The notes under the pieces: generated by a model
The model's database searches: none
What the model saw: only the letters and a program-made list of their open reading frames with translations
Told to the model about the DNA's origin: nothing
Assembly: GCA_951406725.2 (NCBI GenBank)
Contig: OX597829.1
Coordinates: forward strand, 14,570,001-14,634,000
Length of the DNA: 64,000 bases
From: Octopus vulgaris
Taxonomy: Eukaryota
Reading direction: 5' to 3'
In this document: positions 1 to 12,642 of the stretch, one piece after another
Layout: every line of letters begins with the position of its first letter
Numbering within the stretch: position 1 is the first letter of the stretch
Translations under genes and position numbers: made by a program

Positions 1-697
1 ATATACAAAATTTCATCTTCCTTTTCAACACAATTTTGCTAAATCCGAAAGGACCATGTTCTTCCCAATTAGCTTTATCTTCGCAAACGTCTTGTATTTT
101 CCGTTATTGTCTTTACTTATTCGTTCTCCTCATAAATTTTCTTCTGTACAGTTCGGTCTAGAGACCACATCTTTCTTTCTACTTGGCTCATTCGGTTTTC
201 ATATTCACTCATTAATACCCCAGCAATGTTTTGCTGTTAACACCACCAAATTGAGCAATATGATCGATAGGTAGTCGAAATAGTATGATTTTAGGCTCAA
301 TAACTGATGAGAGTAAACGTGTCCATGTTGTTGGTGCATTGTTGGTTCTATTGTCCGTGTCTCCCTTCGACGTTGTTAAAAGAACTTGAAAGTAAGACAC
401 AGCGGTCCGAAAATATAGTATAATTCCGAGAAGAGGAACAATGTGATCGAAGAATTCCAAAACCAGAAATTTGTCGCAAGACTCACTGACATCAAGTAGG
501 CCCTTGAAGTTGTCGAGTGTTATCTAAGAGATCGGAAAAGGCCGATTTGAAGGCCATCACAACTATAGGAAGAAGATTTAGTTAAGATATTCGAGTCAAA
601 ATAGAAAAAAAAACTGCGCAATTAAGATAGAAGGGGAAACCCATTGAGACCAACGGTGTATAGTCGAAAAACACCTGTTGTTATGTCCTGTTATATG

Positions 698-1270
698 AAA
701 TCGACGAGGTAAAGGAGTACGTCTACTTAGAACATACAGTGAATATGCGCTGAAACAAGGCTGCTGAAATCTTGAAGGGAATAAAGGCAGGATTGAAGGC
801 CTTTACCTCAAAGAATGTGCTGAAAACAAAGCTTGAAAGACCGTACATTCCAGACTCTTCAATGAAGCCGTCTTACCTGCGTTCTCATAAGCAGGTGTTA
901 TGTGGGTTACTACAAAGAGGGAAAACATCGATTGGATCCAACGCAAAGGGTCATGGGAAGATTTGATCTTGGAATACCATTCCCAGATTATATCCAAATT
1001 AAGAAACTTCAAGAATAGAGAGAAATAAGCGACATAGTCGCAGTATGACGAAGGTACAAGTTCCGCTGGGTCAGAAATGTCGCAAGATTCACAGACCACA
1101 GGCGGACCCGAGCAGCTGCCGAAAGATATCCAAGATAACGGAAAAAGGTCATTTGGAAGATCTCAACGACGACAGGAAGCCCATTTAGTTATAAGATTTG
1201 GGCCAATATGGAAAAGAATGGTGAAATCTAGAAAGAATTGGAAGTGCATTGTGACCAGCAATGTATAACA
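698..1270 (+). mobile_element. Degraded RTE-clade LINE, C-terminal RT region and 3' end
   Basis: Manual translation across stops/frameshifts: EIDEVKEYVYL...EILKGIKAGLKAF...RLFNEAVLPAF...KFRWVRNVARFTDHRRT...RKRSFGRSQRR, matching the RTE pattern EVxEYVYLG / KWxWAGHVARxxDxRWT / KRxxGRP. Confidence 0.75.
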
Positions 1271-1289
1271 GCTCCGTTTCCCTAGTATT

Positions 1290-1737
1290 TACTTCTTCCC
1301 CTCCGAAATTCTTCCGTCGAGCTCCTGCTGGTTTGAAGTTATTGCTTTCTATATGCAGCTTTTAATTTTCTGGATCAGCAAATCGTAATCCTCATTGAAC
1401 TCTGCAAGTTGACTCGAATTTTTCTTTTTGATAGCTTCCTGAAACTGCTTCACATCAAAGGCGTCTTTCAGATGTGCAGAGCTTTTTTCTCTCTGATTTC
1501 CCTGATTACAATCTTCACCTATAGCTAGCGATGATCATTGCTTGCGTTGAATGGCGCTACTACTGTGATGTCCTGCAATATGCGCCATTTATTGACCATG
1601 ATGTAGTCAATTTCTTTTTTGTATTGAGTGTTCAGATCCCTCTCTTCCCTGGTTGCTTCATAAATAGCCTGTTCCGAATCTAAAGTCTTCTTGTTTCTGC
1701 TACGGTAACCCAATGTTCTTTTTTGTTTCTCATTCAA
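1290..1737 (-). mobile_element. RTE-like LINE fragment, AP-endonuclease C-terminal motifs
   Basis: ORF 1525-1737 contains KKEIDYIMVNKWRILQDITVVAPFNASNDHR, i.e. the IDY...SDH motifs of the LINE endonuclease. Confidence 0.7.
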
Positions 1738-1857
1738 ATACCATCCTGCTTCAGAAGAGGGATGATAAAGAATATTTTAAAAACTATCGTCCTATAATAC
1801 CGCTTACTTCACCTCTATAAACTGTGTACAAATATAGACTACTGAAACACGTCGTCG

Positions 1858-2234
1858 ACCAACAGCCGAGAGAAAGAGAAAGAGAGAGAGAGCAGGTTTC
1901 TGTATGAATTGAGTACAATGGATAACATATTAACTCAAACACAGCTCATAGAACGAGCGAATGAATACAAGCTTCCTCTGTATAATCACTTTTGTCGATT
2001 ATGAAAAGGCCTTCGATAGCGCCGAGATAAACGCAGTGTTGAAATTCCTGAATATGGAAGGCGCCAAGGCGCAGCACAGCAAGCAGATTAGAGGGGCCCA
2101 AAAGATATATATCTGCTATCGCCATTGATAAGGGTTCCAAATGGGAAGGGAGTCTGCGCAATCAAGACAGAAGTGGAAACCCATTGTGACCAACGGTGTA
2201 TAGTTGAAAGACACCTGTTGTTATGTCCTGTTAT
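1858..2234 (+). mobile_element. Internally deleted RTE-like LINE fragment (RT N-terminal part joined to 3' end)
   Basis: QQPRE..AGF...STMDNILTQTQLIERANEYKLPL / TFVDYEKAFDSAE; terminal ~60 bp (2177-2234) repeats at ~637-694. Confidence 0.7.
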
Positions 2235-2499
2235 TTGTATTTGTGTAACATTCTCAAATTTTTTTCCGCCCTTGTCTTCGTATACCTTCGCTGCTTTCTT
2301 CCAAGGAATATAATGCTCTAATCTAATGCTCTTAGCTTAGTTTTTCCTTGGGGCTGGCCAGATTGGAGCAATCTCGAGTATAACCAGCCGAAATGGCAAA
2401 GATAATCTGGAACTCGATTGAGGAAAGAAAACTCCGAATGATCGTCCTTGTTTTCTTTGTATCGTCTATCTGGATGTTTTGTGTTCTTGTCCCATTTTG

Positions 2500-2557
<58 letters not shown>

Positions 2558-2796
2558 GTGTGTGTGTGTGTTTGTGTATATATATATATATGTATATAGT
2601 GTATGTACATAGTATGTGTGTATATATATATAATATATACATAGTGTATATATAATTATTTATATCAGGGAAGTTATTTCCGAATCCACAGGGGAGAGAA
2701 ATTCAATTTAGTGATACTGAAATGAATTTCTCGCTGTATTATATACATACATATACATATATATACAAGTATATATATATATATATATATAGTGTA

Positions 2797-2926
2797 TAAA
2801 GTTAGACGAATGGAAAAGATCTCCAGCGATCTACGTAATTACACATACACACACACACACATATATATATATGTATGTATGTTATCACGTAGATCGTTGG
2901 AGATCTTTTCCATCCGTCTAACTTTA
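2797..2926. repeat. 40-bp inverted repeat flanking a CA/TA microsatellite
   Basis: 2797-2836 is the reverse complement of 2887-2926 with 2 mismatches. Confidence 0.9.
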
Positions 2927-3058
2927 CTCTTGGACTTTCCTCCATCTCCTGTTTCTAACAAAGAGCCTTTGCTCGAAACGTCAGCTAATACCCTGCATGT
3001 ACCACGTGTTCGCGTTGTTGTTTGTTTCCTGTTGTACTTGTATATCTTTTTGGGGGAT

Positions 3059-3123
<65 letters not shown>

Positions 3124-3477
3124 TGTGGCACACATATAAGTTATCAGTGAGGTATTGTTAATCCGAGAAAATATTTTATAAGCTCTCTGTTAGTATACCG
3201 GGCTTACAATATTGTTAAGATTAGTAAAGAGCTCTGCGTATACTGGTGGCACTGTCTGAGGTTATAGTTCATTACCATTTAAAATCCATGGCTGTGTTTC
3301 CAGTTAAACTGCGTTCTCTTAACTGAGTTATACACAAGACAATAATATAGAAATTAGTGGTAACGATGATGCATTTCGTTATGCAAATACATTAAAGGCT
3401 ATAAGCTTACACTTTGTCCCGCCTGTGTTTATTAGTACTATTAATTCACTTTCTAATGTTATCTGTACAGACTTTTC

Positions 3478-3910
3478 GGATCTTTTCGGTCTGAACGGCA
3501 GTTTTTTCTAGCGGTGTCATATGAAATTGTCACCCATAATTATGACCCTAGTATCGATCTATTGCATTTCAATCTTTTTTAGGGTTAGGGTTAGTTAGGG
3601 TTAGGGTTAGGTGTGGGGGAAGGGTATATTTTTTTCTTCACAAATGTAAATAAACCCAATCTGTTTCTTAAACGAGGGACATATTCACACGGCACAGAAT
3701 GTTTTTAACTCAATAGACGGTCATTGATTGGTTGAAATTGCAGAAATTGAAGATAAAAAACCAACAAATATCTTACAAACTATAGAATTTTCTCAATAAA
3801 GCCAAGAGAAAAAGATGTTTTATAAACACATTCTACCAGTATACGAAGTTTAAAATTTTTTAGTTACCTAGAAATTATGTTAAAAACTGCCGTTCAAACC
3901 GAAAAGATCC
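3478..3910. mobile_element. MITE (~430 bp) with ~29-bp TIRs and internal TTAGGG repeats, copy 1
   Basis: GGATCTTTTCGGTCTGAACGGCAGTTTTT ... AAAAACTGCCGTTCAAACCGAAAAGATCC; closely similar to 15619-16043. Confidence 0.9.
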
Positions 3911-4954
3911 GCAGTGTATTTTGATGGAAATAAGGTAACAAAAGGATTAAACCATTAAGTCCATATCTGCAAGAAAGACATTCCTGAGGAAAGACATGCT
4001 GGAGACAGGAAATTGGCATAGTTATTAGTGTGGGTTGTGGAGGTTAGAATCATGCAAAAGATCCGATTTTTCTATAGAAATTAGAGTCAATACTGAAAGT
4101 TATGAAGTTTCGTGTACGAATACGTATATTGGAACAACGTGACCGAAGATAGAAAAATAGGAATGTGTTTAAAATGTAAAACTGGTATATCCAATAATAT
4201 TACACTGCTACATTTAGTGGCTGTCAAAGCAATATGTTTGTGAATGGTTGAAGGGCTGGATGTGGTGCTGAAGAAGTTGCAAGATTTCCTGAAATATGCA
4301 CATACGTCCATCACCTATTTCTTTGTATCTTCGATCTCATTGTTTATACAAACGTATTCGTATCCGAAGTGTAACTTTCAGTATTGTCTCTAAACTCTAT
4401 AAAATCTGAAAGTATATATGTAAGTTTCTCTTTCTTTTCTCTCTCTCTCTATACGCAACAAACGCACATACAGACTCACTCCTCTGGGATGGTAAGATTG
4501 AAAAGCACTCCATCTGATGAGAGATGAATATTTAATAAGCACAGTATATATTTTCATGAGTTACGAATAGTTTCATGTGATGAAAAACATCCCAGACAGC
4601 ATTTAATAACACATCTGGGGGTCTTCATGCAATCCTCCGGCTCTTCCTACATAGCATAATTTAAAACTGGATGATGTGATGTGAGAAAAAACGAGAAGAG
4701 GCGAAAAGTATATAGATGAAAAAAAAGGTGGAAACTTTTATTTTCGTTTTCTGGTGTTTCAACTTTTATTATACTTACTTCCATCTCACCTTTTCTCGTA
4801 TTTTCTCTCACTATGCTGTCCTTCTTCAGCTTGTTATGCCATGTTGGCAGAACCGGCGGTTTGTGTGAGGGCAACATACGTGTTTAAAATGTTCTCAGTC
4901 ACTTTCATTGTAGCTCATAAAAATATATATTGTGTTTATTAAGCTATAAATATA

Positions 4955-6237
4955 TCAGGTCATCCCATAAGTTCTGTCCGAATTTGAATAAAGAAAACAA
5001 GTGATCAAATGTTATATTTAATTGAAATATAATCAACAATGTACATTCCCTGATTATCTATGACTTCCTTACATCTATTTACAAGCTTTTTAATCCCATC
5101 AATGTAAAACTCTTTTGGTTACAAAGCGAAGAACTCTGAAATGTCGGTTTCGGCCTCCTCCTGGTTTGCGAAAGTTATGTCCACCAAATGATTCTGTAAA
5201 CTACGAAACAAATGGTAATCTGAAGGAGTAATGTCAGGAGAATAAGGTGGATGAGGAATTTTTTCCCAGCCAAGCTCATCGATCTTCTGTGATGCTGTCT
5301 TAGCAGTGTGGGGTCGCACATTGTCATTATGAAACATCACTTCTTTTCGATTCACTATAGCGGGTCTTTTTTCCTTCAAAGCTTGGTTCAAACGCTCTAA
5401 TTGCTGACAGTATTTTTGAGATTTGATTGTTGCATTAGGTGGTAACAATTCAAAGTGAATTACTCCTTTGCAATCCCACCAGATAGAGAGAAGAACCTTT
5501 TTCCCATGAAGTTCCCTTCTCGGTTGTGGTTGAGCTTTTTCTCCTTTACCAAACCACTGTTTACGACGTTTAACATTTCGATAGAAGATCCATTTTTCGT
5601 CACTAGTCACAATTCCATCCCAAAAGGTCTAAATTAGTTCGCGAGAATGGAGAGAAGAGCAGATGTCAACTCGGGATTTGCGGTTGCTTTCGGACAATTC
5701 CTGAAGCACCCATTTTCCAAGTCTAGGAATTTTCCAAGTTGTTGAAGATGACGATGAACAGTTGTATGGTTTGAACTTAGCTTTATTGCCAATTCTTTAA
5801 CAGATAATGCAGGATTTTCTTCAAGCAATGCCTCAAGGAGCTTATCATCAAACTCAACTGGACGTCCTGTTCTATCGTCAACTTCAAGGCTGAAATATTC
5901 CCTTCTGAATTTTGCAAACCATCTTCTACAAATTCTTTCATTCAGGCATTCTTTCCCATAAACCGAGTAATATGTCTTGAGTCGCTTCGGCTGCAGAGTT
6001 TCCTTTTTTGTACTCATAAAGCATAATGTGCCTCAAATGCTCTTTGGATACTTCGATGTTAGAAAGGATTTTAACTAAAAAAAATTAATTCTATTATTCT
6101 GTAAAGTAATATTTTATTAGTTTAAATGTATACAAATGCATAAAAATGGGTTTTAATTCCATTAGACATTCTAACATACTATTAAATTTCATGCAATTTA
6201 AAAAAAAGGTAAAATCGGACAGAACTTATGGGATGAC

Positions 6238-6241
<4 letters not shown>
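4955..6241 (-). mobile_element. Full-length mariner (DD34D) transposon with frameshifted transposase
   Basis: Perfect TIRs TCAGGTCATCCCATAAGTTCTGTCCGA flanked by TA; ORFs 5634-6017 (HTH region) and 5119-5610 with TSDEKW, HNDNVRPH, HPPYSPDITPSDYHLF. Confidence 0.95.
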
Positions 6242-6286
<45 letters not shown>

Positions 6287-6290
<4 letters not shown>

Positions 6291-6660
6291 AGGAGTGGCT
6301 GTGTGATAAGAAGCTTACTTCCCAACCACATAATTCCGGGTTCAGTCCCACTCCGTGGCACCTTGAGCAAGTGTCTTCTACTATAGCCTCAGGCCGACCG
6401 AAACCTCGTGAGTAGATTTGGTAGGCGGAAACTGAAAGAAGCCCGTCGTATATATGTATGTTTGTGTTTGATCCCCCCCCCATCACTTGACAACCGATGT
6501 TGGTGTGTTTAAGTCTCCGTAACTTAGCGGTTCGGCAAATGGGAACGGTAGAATAAGCACTAAGCTTACAAAGATTAAGTTCTGGTGTCGATTTGTTCGA
6601 CTAAAGGCGCTGCTCCAGTAGAGGCGCAGTCAAATGACTGAAACAAGTAAAACAGTAAAT
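6287..6660 (+). mobile_element. SINE family A (tRNA-like head, CCTTGGGCAAGT core-like motif, internal microsatellite)
   Basis: GTGGCTGTGTGATAAG...GGGTTCAGTCCC A/B boxes; tail ACTGAAACAAGTAAAA; many homologous copies in the window; partial second copy follows at ~6665-6930. Confidence 0.85.
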
Positions 6661-7299
6661 GTATCTTGAGCAAGTGTCTTCTATTATATAGCGCGGACCA
6701 TAAAAAAGATCTCATCGTGTATATAAGTATTTGTGTACATGCGTATATGTGTGTGTGTTGACAACTGGTGTTAGTGTGTTTACGTCTCCATAAATTAGCC
6801 GTTCGGCAAATGAGATTGACAGAATACGCAAGCGGCTATAAAAAAAAAAAAAATTATATCCGTGCGGGTGGTAATTGAGTCGTTCGGCTAAAAACCAAAG
6901 TCCACCGATTAAAACAAGTAAACGATAATAAATAATTTAAACCTAGAGAAATTTGCATATTAAAAATTAAAATATATAAACGCTATGTATGATGTGAATA
7001 TTTGATAATTATGTTAAAGGTGATGAATTGTATGTCATATACAATAAATTCTTAATTCATTTTAGTTTTTTTTCTCACCGAAAACGAGAAAAATATAAAA
7101 AAAACAAAAAACAAAAACAAAAATCCGAAAAATGTTATGTGTGTGTGTGCGTATGTGTATGTATGCATATATGTATGTATTCAGGAGCACTCACACACAT
7201 ATATATATGCATATGTATAACATTATACATATACACGCGTAAATATACATTTATATACTCGTGCGCTTGTATGTATATACGTGAGTATATATATATATA

Positions 7300-7366
<67 letters not shown>

Positions 7367-7509
7367 TAGTTATGTAGATAGAAAGATAGGTAGGTAGGTA
7401 GGTAGGTAGGTAGAGAAAGAGAGAGTAACAAGAGAGACAGATAGATAGATAGACTGACAGAGATATTATTATGTATGTGTTTCGTATAATGTCTTTTTTC
7501 CTGACAAAC

Positions 7510-7838
7510 TTCATTCCAATACTAGTGGGGATTCTTTAGTGTTTACTAACATAATGAGATGCTGATATATAATTGGAAGTATATATATATTCTTATTCTT
7601 ATATTATGTATATATCTATATCTATATCTATATCTATTTCTATGTCTAAGCACGTGTGTGGGTGTGTTACACCGTATTTTCAAATATTCCGCATAATACG
7701 CTTCGGAATACGAATACACTGAGTCTGTATAGAGATGTATATAGATGTATGCATACATCTATATACATCCAATTATATCAGCATCTCATTATGTTAGCAA
7801 ACATTGCAGAATTCCCCTCAGTATTGCATTGTAATGAA
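7510..7838. repeat. ~75-bp imperfect inverted repeat element between microsatellites
   Basis: CTAACATAATGAGATGCTGATATATAATTGGA (7546-7577) versus TCCAATTATATCAGCATCTCATTATGTTAG (7768-7797); similarity extends outward to 7510/7838. Confidence 0.8.
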
Positions 7839-8241
7839 CACTCACACACACACACTTGCTCACTCACTCACACACACACACGCGCGCGCGCGCACACACA
7901 CACACACACACACATATATATACATGCACACATATATACACACACATATACATACACATACAAACATATAATACTATATATACCCCCCACATTTACATAT
8001 ATATACACACACATATTTATACACACCCACATATATATGCGAGTATTTATATCTATTCATATACGTGTATATATATGTACACCCACAATATATATTTATG
8101 TACATATATCGACATGTATATGTGTGCATATATATATACATGCGTGTGTGTGTTTTTATATATATATAAATATACGATGTATATATATATATGTTTGTAT
8201 ATCTATTTCTCTAACTCTCTGTGTCTCTGTCTGTCTCTCTG

Positions 8242-8298
<57 letters not shown>

Positions 8299-8432
8299 AT
8301 ATATGTGTATGTATATATACTCCTTCACTTGTTTCAGTCATTTGACTGTGGCCATGCTGGAGCACCACATTATATATATATATGTATATATATATGTATA
8401 TATATAAGTATATATATATATGTATATATATG

Positions 8433-8487
<55 letters not shown>

Positions 8488-8489
<2 letters not shown>

Positions 8490-9255
8490 ACAAACAACCC
8501 CAAAGAAACCCATTTTGGTCCGAGGGGAAGAATTTTAGTTCTTATTAAAATCGATAGCGTACAGTGAAATTGTTGCGGGGTGTTGAAAATCAAACGTTTT
8601 GGTCAGAGTCATTCTTCAGGTGAAAGTTAATATGACAGAATATATAGATATACGCCACTTTAGAAATATTGGCTGAACCTGCTAATAAACACAGATCAAG
8701 GGCAATTCATACATGAACAAGAAGTTGTAGGACAGACGAGTAGAATGACAAGTAGTGAAATCGGATGAAATCGAAAGCAGGGTAGTGGGGGAAAATGGAT
8801 TGTTTTGTAAATATCTCTGCTGCTCTCTTTAATTTCTTTCCGGTCAAATTTTCCTTGTAGAAAACGTTAGATTTTCTGTTCATCATTACTGCTGATGTTT
8901 GAGGCTGCTCAAATGGAAGGGAGGATCACAAGAGTGTCATACGAGAACAGGAAGTGTTAGGATAGAGGTAGAAAGGAATAAGAACGGAATGAGAAATTGG
9001 TAAAGCCACCCAGATGAAACGCATGCGTTAGAAGACTACTGCTGCACTTCGAAGGTTGCTTTCTATCTTTAGTTCTACATCGAGTGCGCGCGTACATATA
9101 TGTGTTGGTATAAATATCAACACACAAAAATATTTTTTCTTCTCCACTTCCTCCCTTATTTTTTTTTTATATCATAACTATTCCTATACTTTTTCAGCAG
9201 GACTTCTAGAATGTCATCATCATCATCATAATCATCATCATAATCATCATCATCA

Positions 9256-9317
<62 letters not shown>

Positions 9318-9344
9318 TTGTTGTTTTTGTTTTTGTTGTTGTTG

Positions 9345-9424
<80 letters not shown>

Positions 9425-9981
9425 GAGTGAGTGAGAGAGCAGTGCATGTCATCAAAGTGACATTGGGGTAAAATATACGAAACCCAATATACCCGTCATG
9501 ACTACCAGTCTGATAAGAGTACACCAGGCACATGCATCACAACCATATATGGTGACATGGGGATCTAGTATCAAGATAAACAGTGCATGACCTTGCAGGT
9601 GGGGCCCAGTTAGAATTTTCTTCAGGTCGATTAGCCCATCCCGCTCAAAATGTCCCGGAATAAGGGTTATTTAAGGATGCTGAAAACCCATGTTTTCAGA
9701 GGTAAATCATTCAAACTCCAAAGAATTCCTCTCAACACATGGCTATGATGCTCCCCCACTAATTCTGCTCGTGATCAGAGATGCACATATCGTCAGCCAC
9801 TAAGGGACATGCTCAACTGGTTAAGGTCAAACAACTGACAAGCAAATCTATGGTATTGAGCAGAATATTTGCTGTAGCCCATCTTTTATACCAAGACAAA
9901 ACAATGTGCATGATAACACTTCCAATCAGTAAGATCAGAAGTCACGAGAGCCACTGCCTGGTATTGCATCAGGGCATTTAT

Positions 9982-10031
<50 letters not shown>

Positions 10032-10850
10032 ACAAACAACCCCAAAGAAACCCATTTTGGTCCGAGGGGAAGAATTTTAGTTCTTATTAAAATCGATAGC
10101 GTACAGTGAAATTGTTGCGGGGTGTTGAAAATCAAACGTTTTGGTCAGAGTCATTCTTCAGGTGAAAGTTAATATGACAGAATATATAGATATACGCCAC
10201 TTTAGAAATATTGGCTGAACCTGCTAATAAACACAGATCAAGGGCAATTCATACATGAACAAGAAGTTGTAGGACAGACGAGTAGAATGACAAGTAGTGA
10301 AATCGGATGAAATCGAAAGCAGGGTAGTGGGGAAAAATGGATTGTTTTGTAAATATCTCTGCTGCTCTCTCTTTAATTTCTTTCCGGTCAAATTTTCCTT
10401 GTAGAAAACGTTAGATTTTCTGTTCATCATTACTGCTGATGTTTGAGGCTGCTCAAATGGAAGGGAGGATCACAAGAGTGTCATACGAGAACAGGAAGTG
10501 TTAGGATAGAGGTAGAAAGGAATAAGAACGGAATGAGAAATTGGTAAAGCCACCCAGATGAAACGCATGCGTTAGAAGACTACTGCTGCACTTCGAAGGT
10601 TGCTTTCTATCTTTAGTTCTACATCGAGTGCGCGCGTACACAAATTCCTTCGTTGTGTAATTTTCAGTATTGTTTTCAATTCTTTTCCAGAGACATTTTA
10701 AACCGTACTCTACCCTAACAATGGTTGGACAAAACTGTGAGTCTTCCATACCTATTATATTATTTTTTTTATATCATAACTATTCCTATACTTTTTCAGC
10801 AGGACTTCTAGAATGTCATCATCATCATCATAATCATCATCATAATCATA
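8488..10850 (+). repeat. Near-identical direct duplication: 8488-9096 = 10030-10640 and ~9156-9247 = ~10759-10848
   Basis: Direct comparison shows only a couple of small differences over ~610 bp. Confidence 0.92.
9425..9980 (-). mobile_element. Dispersed ~550-bp repeat with (TAA)n tail (probable retroposon 3' end)
   Basis: Reverse-complement homolog at 38290-38830 followed by (TAA)n; partial copy at 24360-24490. Confidence 0.7.
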
Positions 10851-10874
10851 ATAATAATAATAATAATAATAATG

Positions 10875-10949
<75 letters not shown>

Positions 10950-10967
10950 TATTATTTATTATTATTA

Positions 10968-11019
<52 letters not shown>

Positions 11020-11020
<1 letters not shown>

Positions 11021-11355
11021 GTTTGACTTTTGCTTTGCATTTGCACAAGTTGGCTCCAAGTCTCACCCAGAGACCTCATGAGACAACAAGTTGGAAGCTT
11101 ATGCTGGTGTTATGCCTAGGGTGCCGTATATTTGGTTTTGTACTTAATGTTGTACTAGTGAATGTTTATGAAACCATAAGAAAATTGTTTGTTTTCAAAC
11201 TTGAGATTACATAGAATGTATTTTGCGCAGGATATGAGCAGTTCCCAAATATCTTTTGAATTTCTGCCATTTTTGGGTTTCCTGGTAACTGAGCTAGGTA
11301 GCAATCAGCCCCTTTTGCTATCATTCCCAGGGCACCTATGACAACAGGTATTATT
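11020..11355 (-). mobile_element. R4/Dong-like non-LTR retrotransposon 3' end in (TAA)n
   Basis: Minus-strand translation IPVVIGALGMIAKGADCYLAQLPGNPKMAEIQKI..GTAHILRKI, typical of the C-terminus of restriction-like-endonuclease elements; flanked by TTA repeats. Confidence 0.7.
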
Positions 11356-11361
11356 TTATTA

Positions 11362-11427
<66 letters not shown>

Positions 11428-11428
<1 letters not shown>

Positions 11429-11823
11429 AGGTATGTCTGTGTGGTAAGTAGCTTGCTTACCAACCACATGGTTCCGGGTTCATTCCCACTGTGTGGCACC
11501 TTGGGCAAGTGTCTTCTACTATAGCCTAGGGCAGACCAAAGCCTTATGAGTGGCTTTGGTAGACGGAAACTGAAAGAAGCCCGTCGTATATATGTATATG
11601 TGTGTGTATATATTTGTGTGTTTGTGTTTGTCCCCCCAACTTCGCTTGATAACCGATGCTGGTGTGTTTAGGTCCCCGTCACTTAGCGGTTCGGCAAAAG
11701 AGACCGATAGAATAAGTACTAGGCTTACAAAGAATAAGTCCTGGGGTCGATTTGCTCGACTAAAGGCGGTGCTCCAGCATGGCCGCAGTCAAATGACCGA
11801 AACAGGTAAAAGAGTAAAAGAGT
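11428..11823 (+). mobile_element. SINE family A, near-complete copy
   Basis: Homology with 6287-6660, 19732-20137 and 28793-29205. Confidence 0.9.
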
Positions 11824-11830
11824 ATTACTA

Positions 11831-11986
11831 TTAATAGTTATCGCCATACTAATATGGCAGTCTTATAAATATAAGACTAAAGCTGTCGCTGATTAGCTCC
11901 AATCAGACAGCTACAGACAACGTTTCAGCGACAGCTTTAGCCTTATATTTATAAGACTGCCATATTAGTATGGCGATAACTATTAA
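11831..11986. repeat. 62-bp near-perfect inverted repeat with 32-nt spacer
   Basis: 11831-11892 is the reverse complement of 11925-11986 with 1 mismatch. Confidence 0.92.
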
Positions 11987-12069
11987 TTTCCAGTAACGCT
12001 GTCGTAATCTCCTTTAGAGAGACTTAGTAATTTTAATATTTCTAGTCTTACTATTATTATTATTATGGT

Positions 12070-12525
12070 TATTTCTTGTTCCGAGTTACCTATGTCACGT
12101 CTCAGCTCTTTACTACAACTAAGAGAGGCAATACTTTCTTCAACACGTGCTGCTCTGAGTACTGCTGCTCACTGTGTACTTTCTATGAAGTCTGGTATTT
12201 GCAGCTTTGCATGACAGAATATTGCTTTGAGATGGTATGGAATCCGTCTGTCACAATATATATCGCATTCATTTCTGAACTTCTAGGGATGCATTTAATT
12301 TCCAATGCTTGGTCTTGGTATTTTCCGACTTTCCCGTCCTCTGTCTTCACAATATTTTGGTCAGCAGGTATAGTTATGCCGATAAAGGTCTATTCTTTAG
12401 AGTTACAACTTCTTGTCTGTGTAGAGTGGCGCATCCCATGTGAATTACATCTGATCATTCACTGGCAAATGTTGGTATTCATACCACTTATTGGAACATT
12501 CAAGGCCATACTTCCCCCACAACTC
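12070..12525 (-). mobile_element. Degraded R4/Dong-like retrotransposon, RLE domain fragment
   Basis: ELWGKYGLECSNKWYEY...WDAPLYTDKK...ITIPADQNIVKTEDGKVGKYQDQALEIK resembles the WD..TD / PxDxNIxxKExEKxxKYQDL motif; TTA/CTT repeats on both flanks. Confidence 0.6.
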
Positions 12526-12540
12526 TCAATTCTTCTTCTT

Positions 12541-12642
<102 letters not shown>

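Noticed and set aside
3578-3612. TTAGGG repeats as a telomere or chromosome-fusion scar
   Set aside because: Only a few units, internal to a MITE present twice
7028-8593. Numerous ORFs rich in YI/IY, CV, HT, YLSI repeats here and throughout the window
   Set aside because: Translations of (TA)n, (CA)n, (TATC)n and (TATG)n microsatellites that lack stop codons; not proteins
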